DNA of 64,000 bases from Geosiphon pyriformis uo1 (GCA_016748015.1 JAAOMT010000735.1:310001-374000); one strand, 5' to 3'; positions 24,801 to 37,257 are shown, counted from the stretch's first letter. Numbers and translations are program-made. Notes: generated by a model from the sequence alone, not told the origin.

Positions 24801-27800
24801 CCTTTAAAACTGAAAAATTATCCCCACAAAAAATGTCATGAGTACTGTATACCAGTGATATTCTGTTAGAGAGAATCTTGAAGAGGATTTTGCGAACTGT
24901 TTCAATCAAAGCTATAGGTCAGGTATTTGTGAGAACACCCTCCCACTTATATGGTTTAGGAATTATTGAAACTCAAGCTTCCCTTCAAGAACCAGGTATG
25001 GACTCACGAAACAGACAAGAATTTAGAAGCACCAAGAGCATATCCAGAACAGACCTGTCACAATGTTTCTACAACTCATTTAAAATACCCAAAAAACTGG
25101 CAGCCTTGCCAACAGGTAGATCAAAAACCATGCCAAACAATTCCAAAAACTTAATTGGTTGCATTACACCCCAAAAAGCCTCATCAAAAACATAACTTAA
25201 AGGCTGATATTAACAGTGCCACTCTTTTGAGATATTGGAAACAACTTTATGCTTCTTAGTCCAGCCCTCCATAATTTCATCCATCTTTGATCTTACAGGA
25301 CCAGATTCCAAAATCAGCTTATTATCTACAACCAAGTGATCCAAAATGACCTTGTGGAAAGAACACTCCAGAACACTTCAAATAGTGTGACATTTGTTCA
25401 TCTTGAAATTTTTCATCCTCTTGTTGATCGCCAATTTGATTTGAGATTCCTTTACACACTTTAGATTCTGTCAGTTTAAGTGAGCAATAAGTTTTCCTAA
25501 TCTTTGAAAGAGCTGACCAAACAGTATTAAAAGGAGAGCCAGAAAGAAAGAGAGATCTAACCATGGAAGCATTATCATTATCAAGAGAACCCCAGACATC
25601 CAACAGTGAAATAAACTTGTCATGACAGATCGACCAAGAAGCCTTAACTAATCTTAATACCAAAAGTTCTAATTTATGAAATTTGGATGATTTCTTAGTA
25701 AAGACACCATTATAGTTCTTGAACCATTTCTTTTTAAACATCTCATTAGCCAAAAGAACCATTATCTTGCAAACAATGTCCCACATTGCATCCAAATCTG
25801 AGAATCTCATAGTAGCAGCAAACTTATCTGAAAACATTGTGGCATTAACTAACATGACATGCTTAAAATCAATTCATTTACTTTCATCAGCACTCTTAAA
25901 ATCAAACTTCCATTAGTCTCTATTTGCTTGCTTGCAAAGAGAGTTTAGCTGTGTATCCAAAAGTCCACCCAAACCCACAGACACAGAAACAAATTAATGA
26001 TCTGGGTCAAAATGCTCACTGACTTTTGAAACATTGCAATTCACTATCGCATTGACTAGATTTGAGGAAACAAGTACATAATCAATTGTCTTTATGACAC
26101 ACCTAGAATTTGCCCAAGTATGCTTCTTTACAGCTGGGCTACCAACCAAAAAATTAACTAGTCCTAAATCAAGGCATTTCTTGAAACTTGCACACCTGCA
26201 AAAACCATCTTTATTAAAATCACCACCAAGAATGACAAAAGAAGATTTATTGACCACCTTCGCAATAAGAAAGTTGATATCACCAGCCTAAAAAAACCGA
26301 ACCACTGAAGAGGCGCCAGCATAAAGTCCCAAAATTGACACTGAAAGTTTATTCTTGAAAAGCAACTTGACAGACAGGAGCTGACCAGACACTTTATAGA
26401 TTTTACTCACATGCTGAGCCAGAGAAACATCCATAATTATGACAACCTCAGCACCAAGAAAACCCATATCCAAACCAGAAGTAAAAATCCAAACACCATC
26501 AAACCTATCTTTGACTCATAATCTACAGCCAGACCTTAATTTTGTTTTCATAACTATCAAGACCAAATTTCTTATTTCCTTATGCCAACAAATAATGTCT
26601 TCCTGCTTAGTAGGGACATTGATACCCCAAACACTACACATAGCAATTTTCCAAATCAGATCTGTCATTGAGAAAGATGAAGAATAGGAACCAAACTAGC
26701 ATTGTCCATCTTAGCTGAAAGGCTCATAACCATGACAGAAAAATTTTTCAACATTTCCTCCATTCTTGAAACAATCAAAGAGTCAAAAACAGCTGCTCTC
26801 ACAACAGTTCCACCATTAGTGGCCACACCCAAACTCTCACTCATCACTATATCCATCTCTTGATTCTGTGATGAAAGAGTTACCAATAGCTAACATTCAG
26901 GGCTAAGCTGGGAAACCATTGACCCAGGTGTGTCCAACCTCTTAGCCAGCTTATCCACATGCTCTGCGAGGCTGGCAAGACTGTGCTCAAGAGCAGCAAA
27001 CCTATTATCTAATACTGAAGACACTTGTGGGATAGACTTCATCTCCAAAGAGGAGCCATTGTTCAACAAAACATTACAAACAAGGAGAGGAGGAAAGGAA
27101 GACCCAATAATAATCTTGGCTCACAAGACACCACTAAAAGAGACAGGATAAGCAACAGGTGCTGAATGCTTGGCATAAATGGCTGCCAGTCTGCTTTTAT
27201 CTACATGTGAGAGAACCTGACGTGGCAAGCCACTAGAGAAAGATTTCTTATTTGTAACACAGCCCAGAGAGGTATGACCCAGTTTTCCATACTTTGTACA
27301 CACAGCAGAACCAAAATAAGACCAACAAAAATGAACACCTTTTAACACAGGTGTGGTTTTTATGACAGCATCCAATAATTCAGCTGACTCAAAACAAACA
27401 ACGGCACATCTGGCCTGGGCATATGTGATTGGATGACAATCAATCTTACATGTTTTTTCACTTACAGAACTAATGAAGTCTCATATGTTGTGAGCATTTG
27501 TTCCCATTGGAAAGGTATAGAACAGCGCCCTATAATAATTCCTCTCATCTCATGTTATTTTGTCCAAATCCAATCTAGCAACACGCACTGTATCTTTTCC
27601 AATTAGAATAGACCACCTAGCTGCTAAAAGATCTACATGAATGTGCTTTTCAAACTCAATGATCGCCTTTTGTTACAGCCCTACTAATTGCATTTTGATT
27701 GACTTAATTGTACCAAATTTGGATAGTGCAACATGCACAGCCTCAGCAGATGTTCCAACTGAAATTTTCTTCAACATCACAGTCCGATCTGAGTGACCAG

Positions 27801-28599
27801 TTAATTTCTTGAGATCGGCATTCACTAGGATCTTCATATCAGTAGCCAACTTGGTAGTTTTTATCAAACTCAATTTGGAAGTAAATGTTGTCTGGATGAT
27901 CCCAAAAAATTTTGAAGGGATAGAGGTCTTCCCAAAACCATTGATTTTCAAAAATAATTTCCTGACCATAGCCAGTTTGTCCTAAGCAGATTTTTCAGAA
28001 ATATTGACCAGATCAAAATCCAAAGCAAAAGACTTCTTTACAGACACATTGACCAAATTTTTGAGAGGAGGAGGAAGCACTACAGACTCATCCAAGAGAA
28101 TGTCATCATCATCATCATTGCTCAGAAAGTTGATTTTGCCCAAAGGCTTGTCCAAAGCCTGCTTGGTAATTATTCTCAGACCCTTTGGCGTTTGGTTAAT
28201 GTCCTTTCTTTTAAGAGCATCTCTCTCTTCATAATCCACACTAGTTTCTTCAATCAAAAATTCCTCCTCCATATCTACACTGTCAAATTCGGTGGTATCA
28301 CCAGCTTTAGACTCCCAAAAACCACCAACTGGTTTACTAAATAAAACCATATTATGAACAATACCATCTTTCAAAATACCCTCTTTTTTTTTCTTTTGAG
28401 AGACAACATCTTTACTAACAGTATTCACACCAAAGCCCTTGACAAACTTCTTCATTGCAGCCACACTGGAATCAACAATAGTCTTATAATCAAGCAGAAA
28501 AGGTTTTGACTTATTGTACTGAATTGTAAAAAACTTCTTTCAAAAAACTTTCTTGACTTTTTGTTAAGAATTTGGGACAAAAGAGAAAAAAAAGTTTTA
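21861..28599 (-). mobile_element. Full-length LINE copy 2 (tail-to-tail with copy 1), inactivated
   Basis: ORF1 28524-26665 and ORF2 26668-21989 with many stops. Poly-T at ~21859-21868. 8-bp TSD CAAACATT at 21853-21860 and 28600-28607. Confidence 0.93.
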
Positions 28600-30023
28600 C
28601 AAACATTAATTTACAATAGTAACAAATACTAAATTAAAATATTAAAAAAAGTATTATAATATATTTTTAAATAAAACTACAAATATATATATATATATAA
28701 TAGTTTTAATATTAAGAAAAATAATTTTATTAGCTTTTAATCTTTTACTTTAATTATTTTTTAATCTTTATTTTTAATAAATATTTAAAAAAATAATATT
28801 TACTAGTACTATTTTTTAAATAAAATTATTATTTATTAGTTAAATTTTTTAAAAAAATTATTTTTGATCAAAATTATTCATATTATTATTAATTAATAAA
28901 AGTTTTATTGTAAAAATTAAAAAAAGTGCTAAAAATTATTAATATTCTGTGTTTTTAGATTAGAAAAACACATCAAAAAATTGCAAAATAGTTTCAAAAA
29001 ATTTCAAAACAGTAAATAAATTTTAATTTAGTTTCTGAAAAAAATATATAAATATATACAATTAAAAAAAAATAACTTATATTGTAATATCAAAGAAAAA
29101 TTTTAAAAATATTAGTAAAAATTTCAAAAATACCAGAAATATCGATAATAACTTAAAAAAATTATAGAAATTTCAAAAATTTTATATTATAAAAATTTAT
29201 ATATATATATAAAAATATTAAAAACAGAAAAAATAAATAAGTTTAGTTAAAAACAAGTTTAATTTCTATCTTTTTAAGTAACTTTTATAGTTAGCAATCT
29301 AATATTTAAAGTTTATAATTATTATAAATAAAATTATTAAATTATATTATCTAAATACAATTTTATAAATACTCTTTATCTTATTAAAATTCAATTATTT
29401 TTTTATTAATATTAATAATATTAATACAAAACTATTAATAATACTAAAAAAATAGTTTTAATTATAATTATTAATAAAATATTAATTTTTTATTTTTTAT
29501 TTATTTTATATTTATCAATTAATTAATTAAAAGTATTAAGATTATAATATAAAGAATTTTTGATAAAAAATAACAAAAAAAAATATAAAATATAGTCAAA
29601 AAACTATAATTGCTTACCAAAAAAATAAAAAACATCAGAATAAACTAGTTACTATGTTAAAAAAGTTAAATATTAAGTATTATTTATTATTAATATTAAA
29701 TTTTTGTTTATTATACAAAGAATTTTATTAATAAAATTTTCAGAAAATTTTTAGATTAACTTATAAGTATTAAGTTATAAAAAACTTTAATAATTCAAAA
29801 ATAATTTATAATATTATATTAATTAAGTCTGTTATTAAGTTAATTGGTTTTTTGATTACTTTGGTTTTTTTTGTTAAAATTATTTAAATATTTTTTTTTA
29901 TTATTGCTTAATGAGTGAGGTCCAAACACAACCTAGCACTATACATCAAGGAATTGATCTAAACTAGGCGTGAATTATGCACTTTCTACACGTGACCAGC
30001 CACTCGGACTGATCAGAACAACA

Positions 30024-33000
30024 CTATGCAGCTATATGAACCAACACTGATTCACCTATACCTGAAAAGAACAAGCAAGCTTTGCGAAAACCAAAATGAA
30101 CACCTAAAGCACTAGTAATGCCAAGTAACCTAACCACCCCTGCAGAGAACCTCAAAGCCAAACCATGAACCGAGACGACGGCTGAACCATCTAGTGGAAT
30201 CAGTCCATTCTTCTCCATATACGCATAATGCTTAGCACAAATCGACCAGACATCCTCCTTGAAAGCAAGACCAAGAGAGCACACAAACTTGACAATCTCC
30301 AAAACAGCAATCTTGGGGTCGTGAAAGACAGAAACAGCCTCACTAAACCATCTATTGAAAACAAAGCCCTTAAAAAGAGCCATAGACACAGAGGAATCAG
30401 AAACACTGGATGACAACAGCTGCAATATATCCGAAGAGGAGTGAGATGAGCCAGAAAGTGCTTTCCAGGACCCTATATGAGAATTCAGCAACTGGCGCCA
30501 AACAGACTCGTCAACCTTGCAAGAGAACACATGATCCAACACCTCCACCTTACCACAATACAAGCACAACATGCTAGGATAACGTTTATCATAGAGACAC
30601 TTCTGAACAGCAACCGGCAACTGATGGTGCAAAGACTTCATAAAATAAGTACGCACACTGGACGAATACCTGCTGGTGAATCCTACAGCCATGTGCAAAT
30701 CAGAATGCCACACCAATGACAAATGAGGCCAATCAACCTCAGAAGACAAGCTGCCAACCAAAACCCCAGAACTGGAACCAACCTCTCATCGCGCACGACA
30801 AATAGAACAATAAATATCACAAACAAAATGCCTCAAATTTCCAGAAACAACATCACCATCAGCTGCCAAGAAGTGCTCACTCAAGCGAAGGGGAAGATAC
30901 CAATTGGAGAGAGAAGCAGCACCAGCAATCGCATCGGCACGCTCGTTTCCCGAAACACCAGAATAACCCTTCACCTTGTGAAAGCTAACTCTTAACTTCT
31001 TACTGCGAATTACGTTGACAATATGATGATGTTCGACCCAACACTGATTACGAAAATCGGGACACACCAGATCTAACTCCGACCTGCAAGCATCCAATGC
31101 CAATTGACTATCTGAGAACAAACAAACAGAGCTTGACGGGGGAACACACTCCAGAGCTAAAGCAACAGCCTGCAATTCTGCCAAAGTAGACGACATCAAA
31201 CCCAAAACCCTTACGCCCAAACCCAAACCAATGTCCTCAAAAAAAACAGCAGCACCAGCTCTACAGCCAACCGTGCCAAGACCACTAAGAGATCTATCCG
31301 TATACACTGACAGGCTGCTAGCACCGGTTGCCAAGAGATGATCACGAATAGACACAAATCCACCAGACTCAAGAATGTTCGAAGAACTACCATCTCCCAA
31401 AACTAGAGACTGAACGTAAGAAGATCCTACACTATTGAGAAACAAAACAGAATGCTTGAACCACTCAGGAACTGGGCCACGGAGGTCCAATTTCTTCCAC
31501 CACTTGAAAGTGTACCAATCATAGACAGCACCATGACGGTCACGAAGTTGATTCACAAAGGCAATACCATACCACCGAAGGGAAGGGAGAAACTTGAGAA
31601 ACCTTGACTCACCCAGAACCTCAGACATAGGCACTCCACCATGAGACTGAAAGGAACTAACCAAAGAGCCACCCAGAGACACATTGCAATCGACAAAAAC
31701 ACGAACCATGCCTGCCAGAAAGTTATTAGAAGCACTGACACAAATACGAACAGGAGAACACAATGGATGAACAGGGCGCCAACACAGAACTTGCAAGTCA
31801 TGAGACCTGTGGGAAAACAAACAACCCAAGATACCACCAGAGTTCACAAAACTGACAAGAGAAGTGATCTTGCTTTCAGATTGAACTTGAGAAAATGACT
31901 TCAAACCATAAAACGAAGGGTGGTAAACCACATCATTGGGGAAATCGAGTGGCAAACCGGACTTAAGCTTCAAACCTTTACGAATCAGAGCATTCCACTT
32001 CCCGCACACACCAACAGGAATAAAACTGAACTGAGTTCTATAGCTAACTATTGGATGCAGAACTGCCGACACCAAATACAAAAACTGCTTATCTGAGACC
32101 ACCTTCCTCAACACCAGATTGGTGAAAAAGCGAATGTCCAAATACGCCTTAGCCAAGCTAGGCTTCGAAAGACCCTCAGTTGACAGGAAAATGCCCAGAT
32201 ATTGGTAAGATTCTCCCTTTTTGGCAATAGAAATGGGTGAACTGCTAATAGACAGGGAGGGACTGCTGACTCTGTTATTGATAGGAATGGCTACTGTTTT
32301 GTTGTTGTTAATAGAAATGTCATTGATAAAAAAAAATTCACTAGCAACATTGAAAATATGTTGAGTAGCCATCTGACTGCTACCAACCCAAATTGTATCA
32401 TCAACAAAAGCACCAGCGGCAAAAAAAGAAGAAAACCCAGCCTGGGATTCGGAACGACCATTCTTGGAAACAAAGTGAGAGTTCAACCTATACCCACATA
32501 CACTCTCCTGTCTCTTGACTTCGCACAAAAGAGGATCATAAAATATGCGCCAGAGAAAAGAAGAGAAGACCTCTCTCTGGTCCAAACCATCGTGCACACG
32601 GTAATCACTTGTCAGTCCAAAATCAGTCATGACTCGGTTGGTACAATCCCTATGAATACCACCAAAAAACTGAATAAATTTGCTACACATCTTAATCCTG
32701 ACCAAACTTTTCTCGAGATGCTCCCAGCCAACCAAATCATATGCCTTCCGCATGTCCTGCAGAACCAGCCATAGCTCCCTGTTTTTTTCCAAAGCATCTT
32801 TGACCACCAAACCAATTGCAAAAATAGGGGACTGGGTTGTCATACTCTTCAAAACTGAGAAATTAGCCCCTTGAAGCATGTCAAAAGTACTGCACGCCAA
32901 AGAAATCCTGTCCGAGAGTATCTTGGAAAGAACCTTGCGAGCCATTTCAATTAAAGCAATAGAATATGTGTTCATTAAAACATCTTCCCACTCATAAGGT

Positions 33001-34679
33001 TTCGGAATCATCGAGACTCATGCTTCCTTCCAAGGGCTGGGCACTAATTCATTAGACAAACAAGAGTTCAAGAGCACCAACAACATATCCAAAACTGACC
33101 TATCACAATGTTTCCAAAGCTCATTTGAAATACCCGACAAACCAGCAAGGAACTCATCATACCCAATTGAACACATGACACCAGAAAAAGCTTCGTCAAA
33201 AACATACTCCAGTGGCTGATATTGGAGACGCCAATCATCCGAGACATTATCGACCACCCGACGCTTCCTAGTCCAACTTTCCATAATTGCATCAACCTTG
33301 GACTTGACTTGCTCAGGTTCCAAAATCAACTCGTCATTAACCATCAAATGATCCAGCACAATCTTACGAAATGGCCGCTCCAACACACTTCTTATTGTAT
33401 GACCTTTATTTACCTCAAAGCTTTCCATCCTCTTGTCTATCGCAGATCTGATGCATGCTTCTTTAGCACTCTGAGATTCAATGAGCTTGGACTTTCGATA
33501 AGATTTCCTGGCACCAAAAAGAGCAGAACAAACATGACCAGATTCCACATCAGAGTCCACCAGATCCTGAATGACCGAAGCCTTGACATTGTCCAGAGTA
33601 GCCCAACACCTCATGAGAGAAGCAAAATCCACAGCACACTTCACACGAAATGCCTTAATAATTTTTGAAACCAAAAGCTCCAACTTGTGGAATCTTGACG
33701 ACTCTTTGGTAAAGACACCATCAAATTCCTTGAACCACTTTTTCTTGAACACTTTATTAGCCGAAAGAATCATTATTCTGCGAACAACATCTCACATTGC
33801 ATCCAAATCCAAAAACTTCACAGAAACAGCAAATTCATCTGAGAACATTGTTGCATTAGCCAATGTGGCACACTTAAAATCGATCCATTTACTCTCATTA
33901 GCACCCTTGAAATCAAACTTCCATCTGTCTTTGTTTGCTTGCTTATGAAAAGAGCTCAATTGCATATCCAGAAGCCCATCCAGACCCAAAGACACTGAAA
34001 CAGCTTGATGATCCATGTCAAAGTGCTCACTGACACCCGAAACATTACAATGTACCATCGCATTGACCAGATTTGGAGAGACAAACACGTAATCAATCGT
34101 TCTTTTGACACCCCTAGAATTCTTCCAAGTAGGCATTTTCACAGCTGGGCTCCCGACCAAAGAGTTAATCAATCCCAAATCAAGGCACTTCCTGAAACTC
34201 GCACACTTATGAGAGCCGTCTTCATTAAAATCGCCACCGAGGATAACAAAGGAGGACTTGTTAACAGCCTTTGCGATGATAGAGTTGATTTCGCCCGTCT
34301 GAGAGAACCAGACCACCAAAGAAGCACCAGCGTACAGTCCCAAAATTGACACAGAGAGCCTGTTCTTGAAAAGTAACTTGATAGACAACAACTGACCCGG
34401 GACCTCAGATATCTTGTACACATGTCTCACCAAAGAAGAGTTCATAACCACCGCCACACCAGCACCCAGATACCCAGAATTCAAACCAGTAGTAAACACC
34501 CAAACCCCATCAAACTTGTTAATGATCCAGGGCCGAACCTTACCTTTTAACTTAGTTTCAGTAAAAATCGAAATTGAATTGTCCATGTTCTTATGCCAAC
34601 GAACGACATCACTCTGCTTCGCAGGGTTGTTCATTCCTCTAACATTGCATGTAGCAACTTTCCATACTAATTCACTCAT
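30024..34679 (-). pseudogene. LINE ORF2 (~1550 codons): AP endonuclease, RT, RNase H, C-terminal CCHC; 3 premature TGA
   Basis: ATCNVRGMN, FTETKL, ILGGDFNED, RTIDYVFVS, FDMDH; LQDMRKAYD, GLDQREVFS, AGAFVDDT; VYTDRS, LAELQA, FSDSQ, HKVKGYSGVSGNERAD; CLYCGKVEVLDHVFSC. Stops at 33792, 33018 and 30786 all fall at Trp positions. Confidence 0.92.
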
Positions 34680-36541
34680 TGGAAGGGGGATTGGAAGTTC
34701 GCACCATCAGCCAAAGCCAGACTATCGAAACGAGCGGACAAGATCAACACAGATTTGGAGAGGCCCTCCAACATATTTTCCAATTTCACAACATGGGGGG
34801 ACATAGATGAGCCCACAATCATGGCAGATTCATGGCCATCAGCCATACTTAAGTCCATATCCAATGTCACACTACTTTCCGAGTTCTGTGGTGGGGTGAC
34901 CACTGGCAGCCGGCATCCGTGACCAGGCTGGGGAACCACTGGCACAAGCAAATCTAACCTCTTGGCCAACCCATCAATTTGTTTTGCGAGACTGACAAGA
35001 CTATCTTCGATACTGACCAGTCTTTTTTCCAGATCTTTTGCAACAGGAGAGGTAAGTTTACTATCGACGATGGAACTAAAACTTGTCTTACCACTAGAGA
35101 GAGAGGGAGCAGAGAGAGCACTAACCACTGATGCCCAAGTTTTACCACCAAAAGCCAAAGAATGAAAGATAGGCACAGATCTCTTTGCATAAATTTTCGC
35201 CAATCTGGATTGGTCTTGAACCGAAAGGGGAGCCCTTCTGCCTCCTGCAATTTCAGCACCCTTGACTGTTCTACAACCAAGAGAAGTATGACCAAATTTC
35301 TCACAAACCACACATGAAGCTAAAGAAAGACGGGACCAATGGAGACCAAAGCTCTTTATAACTGGAGTCGTTGCCATTGCATTAACTAATTCCACTTCCG
35401 AGCCAAAACACACAGTGGCACAGCGGGCGTGAGAATAACTGACGGGATTGCGATCGATGAAGCAGGTTTTCCCACCAATAGAACCAATAAAATCCCACAA
35501 ATCATGAGCAGTGGTTCCCATGGGAAGAGTATATAGCAAAGCCCTAAAATTATCTCTGACATCTCACGATTGTTTGTCGATATCAGCCCTGGCCACCCGA
35601 ATCGCATCCTTCCCAATAAGGATAGACCACTTAGAGGCCAGAAAATCAGCCTGGTCTTGATCTTCCAATTCAATGATCGCCTTTTGCCATAAACCCACCA
35701 GCTGTATTTTGATTGACTTAATGATGCCAAATTCGGCTACAGCCGCATGCACAGCCTCCAAAGAAGTTCCCACAGGAATTTTTTTTAGCACAATAGCCCG
35801 ATTTGTATGATTGTTGACAGGGCGCTTGAGATCGGTGTTTACCACAACACCACGGTCATTAGCCAGATTAGTTGCAGTCATCATTGCCTCTTCAGAAGTG
35901 AAAGTGGCCCGAATGATCTCACCAAATTTTGAGGGGGTAGAGGCCCCCCCAAAACCATTTACACCTAAAAAGATTTTTCTGACAAAATTGACTTTTTCCT
36001 AAGAGGATTTACCCACCACCACCACCAGATCAATATCCAAAGTGAAGGACTTGCGAACAGGCACCTGAATGGATGGCTTGACTGAAAAAGGAGGCGGTAG
36101 AAGAAGAGACTCATCCAACACATCACCATCCGCATCGACAGCATCATAATCAATCACACCCAATGGCTTCCTTAATACTTTTTTGGTCTTCACACACAAA
36201 CCTCTAGGCATTTGATCAGGATTCCCTTCTGCGAAAGGACCATCATCATTATAGTCCACACTGGTTTTTTTCACCAAGCATTCTTCCTTCATGTCAATAC
36301 TCTCAGATTCCGTAGTGTTATCAGTCTCCGAACCCCATGAACAAACACCAGGAACTTCAGCAGCAATCTTTCCGTTATCAACACCCTCTGCCAACACACC
36401 TCCCTTCCTCTTTTTCCTTGATGCAACCACTTTAAAACCACTCTCAGAACCAGAAACTTTAGCAGTTTTTTTCATAACAGCAATAACAGAGCCAACAGTG
36501 GCCTCGTAATTGAAAAACAGTTTTGATTTATCGTACTGAAT
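34676..36541 (-). pseudogene. LINE ORF1 (~620 codons from the proposed ATT start): basic/acidic N-terminus, RRM-like domains, CCHC knuckle, coiled coil; 2 premature stops
   Basis: AIVLKKIPVGTS..AVAEFGIIKSIKIQL (RRM-like), CVVCEKFGHTSLGC, DLEKRLVSIEDSLVSLAKQIDGLAKRLD. Stops at 35999 (CAG>TAG) and 35564 (TGG>TGA). Confidence 0.85.
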
Positions 36542-37257
36542 GGTAAAAACTTCTTTCAAAAAAACTTTTGACTTCTTTTTGGGAATTTTGGACGAAGGAG
36601 AGAAAGAAGTTTTTTTTTATTTAAATTTTATTATAATTCTAATTAATCTATTTGGTAATATTACAATAAATATTATTAATTCATTTTTTTTGAAGAAATT
36701 AATTCATAAATATATAATATCTTTATAATAAATAAGTTTTTTTAATATTAAAAGTAATATAAAAAAACTAAATTGTTTTTAAGTAATTTTATCTTTAATA
36801 GTTATAATTTAAATAATTGTATTAATAAGCTAAATAAATTGAATTTATTTCTAATTTATTTTAGTTAGTTTAAATAATTAGTTATATATAAAAAGTGCAT
36901 AAATTATAGCTATTTAAAGTTTTTGTATTTTAGCTTATAGTTAATAATTAAATTATAATTTGTTAAAGCAGTAAAAAAAAATACATTAAAAAAAATAGCT
37001 TAAGAAAAAACTAAAAAAAGTAAAAGATATTTTTTTAGTAACTTTTAGTTAAATAATTAATAAGAGAAAAAGTTTTTTTATTTTTTTAAAAATTTAATAT
37101 AATAATTTATAAATTAATAATTTTTGTTTTAAAATTTAGATTATGTTCTTATTTTATGCATAAATATTTATATAATAATAAGTTATTTTACAATTTTATT
37201 ATATATTTAATAAAAATATTGTTGAATTGTTCAAAGGCATAAAATTACATTTACATA

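Larger units (their letters stand above)
29890..36616 (-). mobile_element. Full-length LINE copy 3, least mutated
   Basis: All ORF1 fragments share one frame and all ORF2 fragments share one frame. CpG-rich. Poly-T at 29891-29899. Candidate 10-bp TSD TTATTTAAAT at 29880-29889 and 36617-36626. Confidence 0.95.

Noticed and set aside
29891-30023. 3' UTR structure as a known hairpin, hammerhead or HDV ribozyme, or a tRNA-derived SINE head
   Set aside because: GUC and GUAUA are present, but the AGAA/AGAAACA partners, the CUGANGA/GAAA core and the HDV nesting are absent. The GGTTCGA B-box-like string occurs only in copy 4.
30024-36541. In-frame TGA at Trp positions suggesting genetic code 4 or readthrough
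   Set aside because: The same positions are TGG, TAG or TAA in other copies, CAG>TAG stops also occur, and host genes use TGA as a normal stop. G>A mutation explains it.
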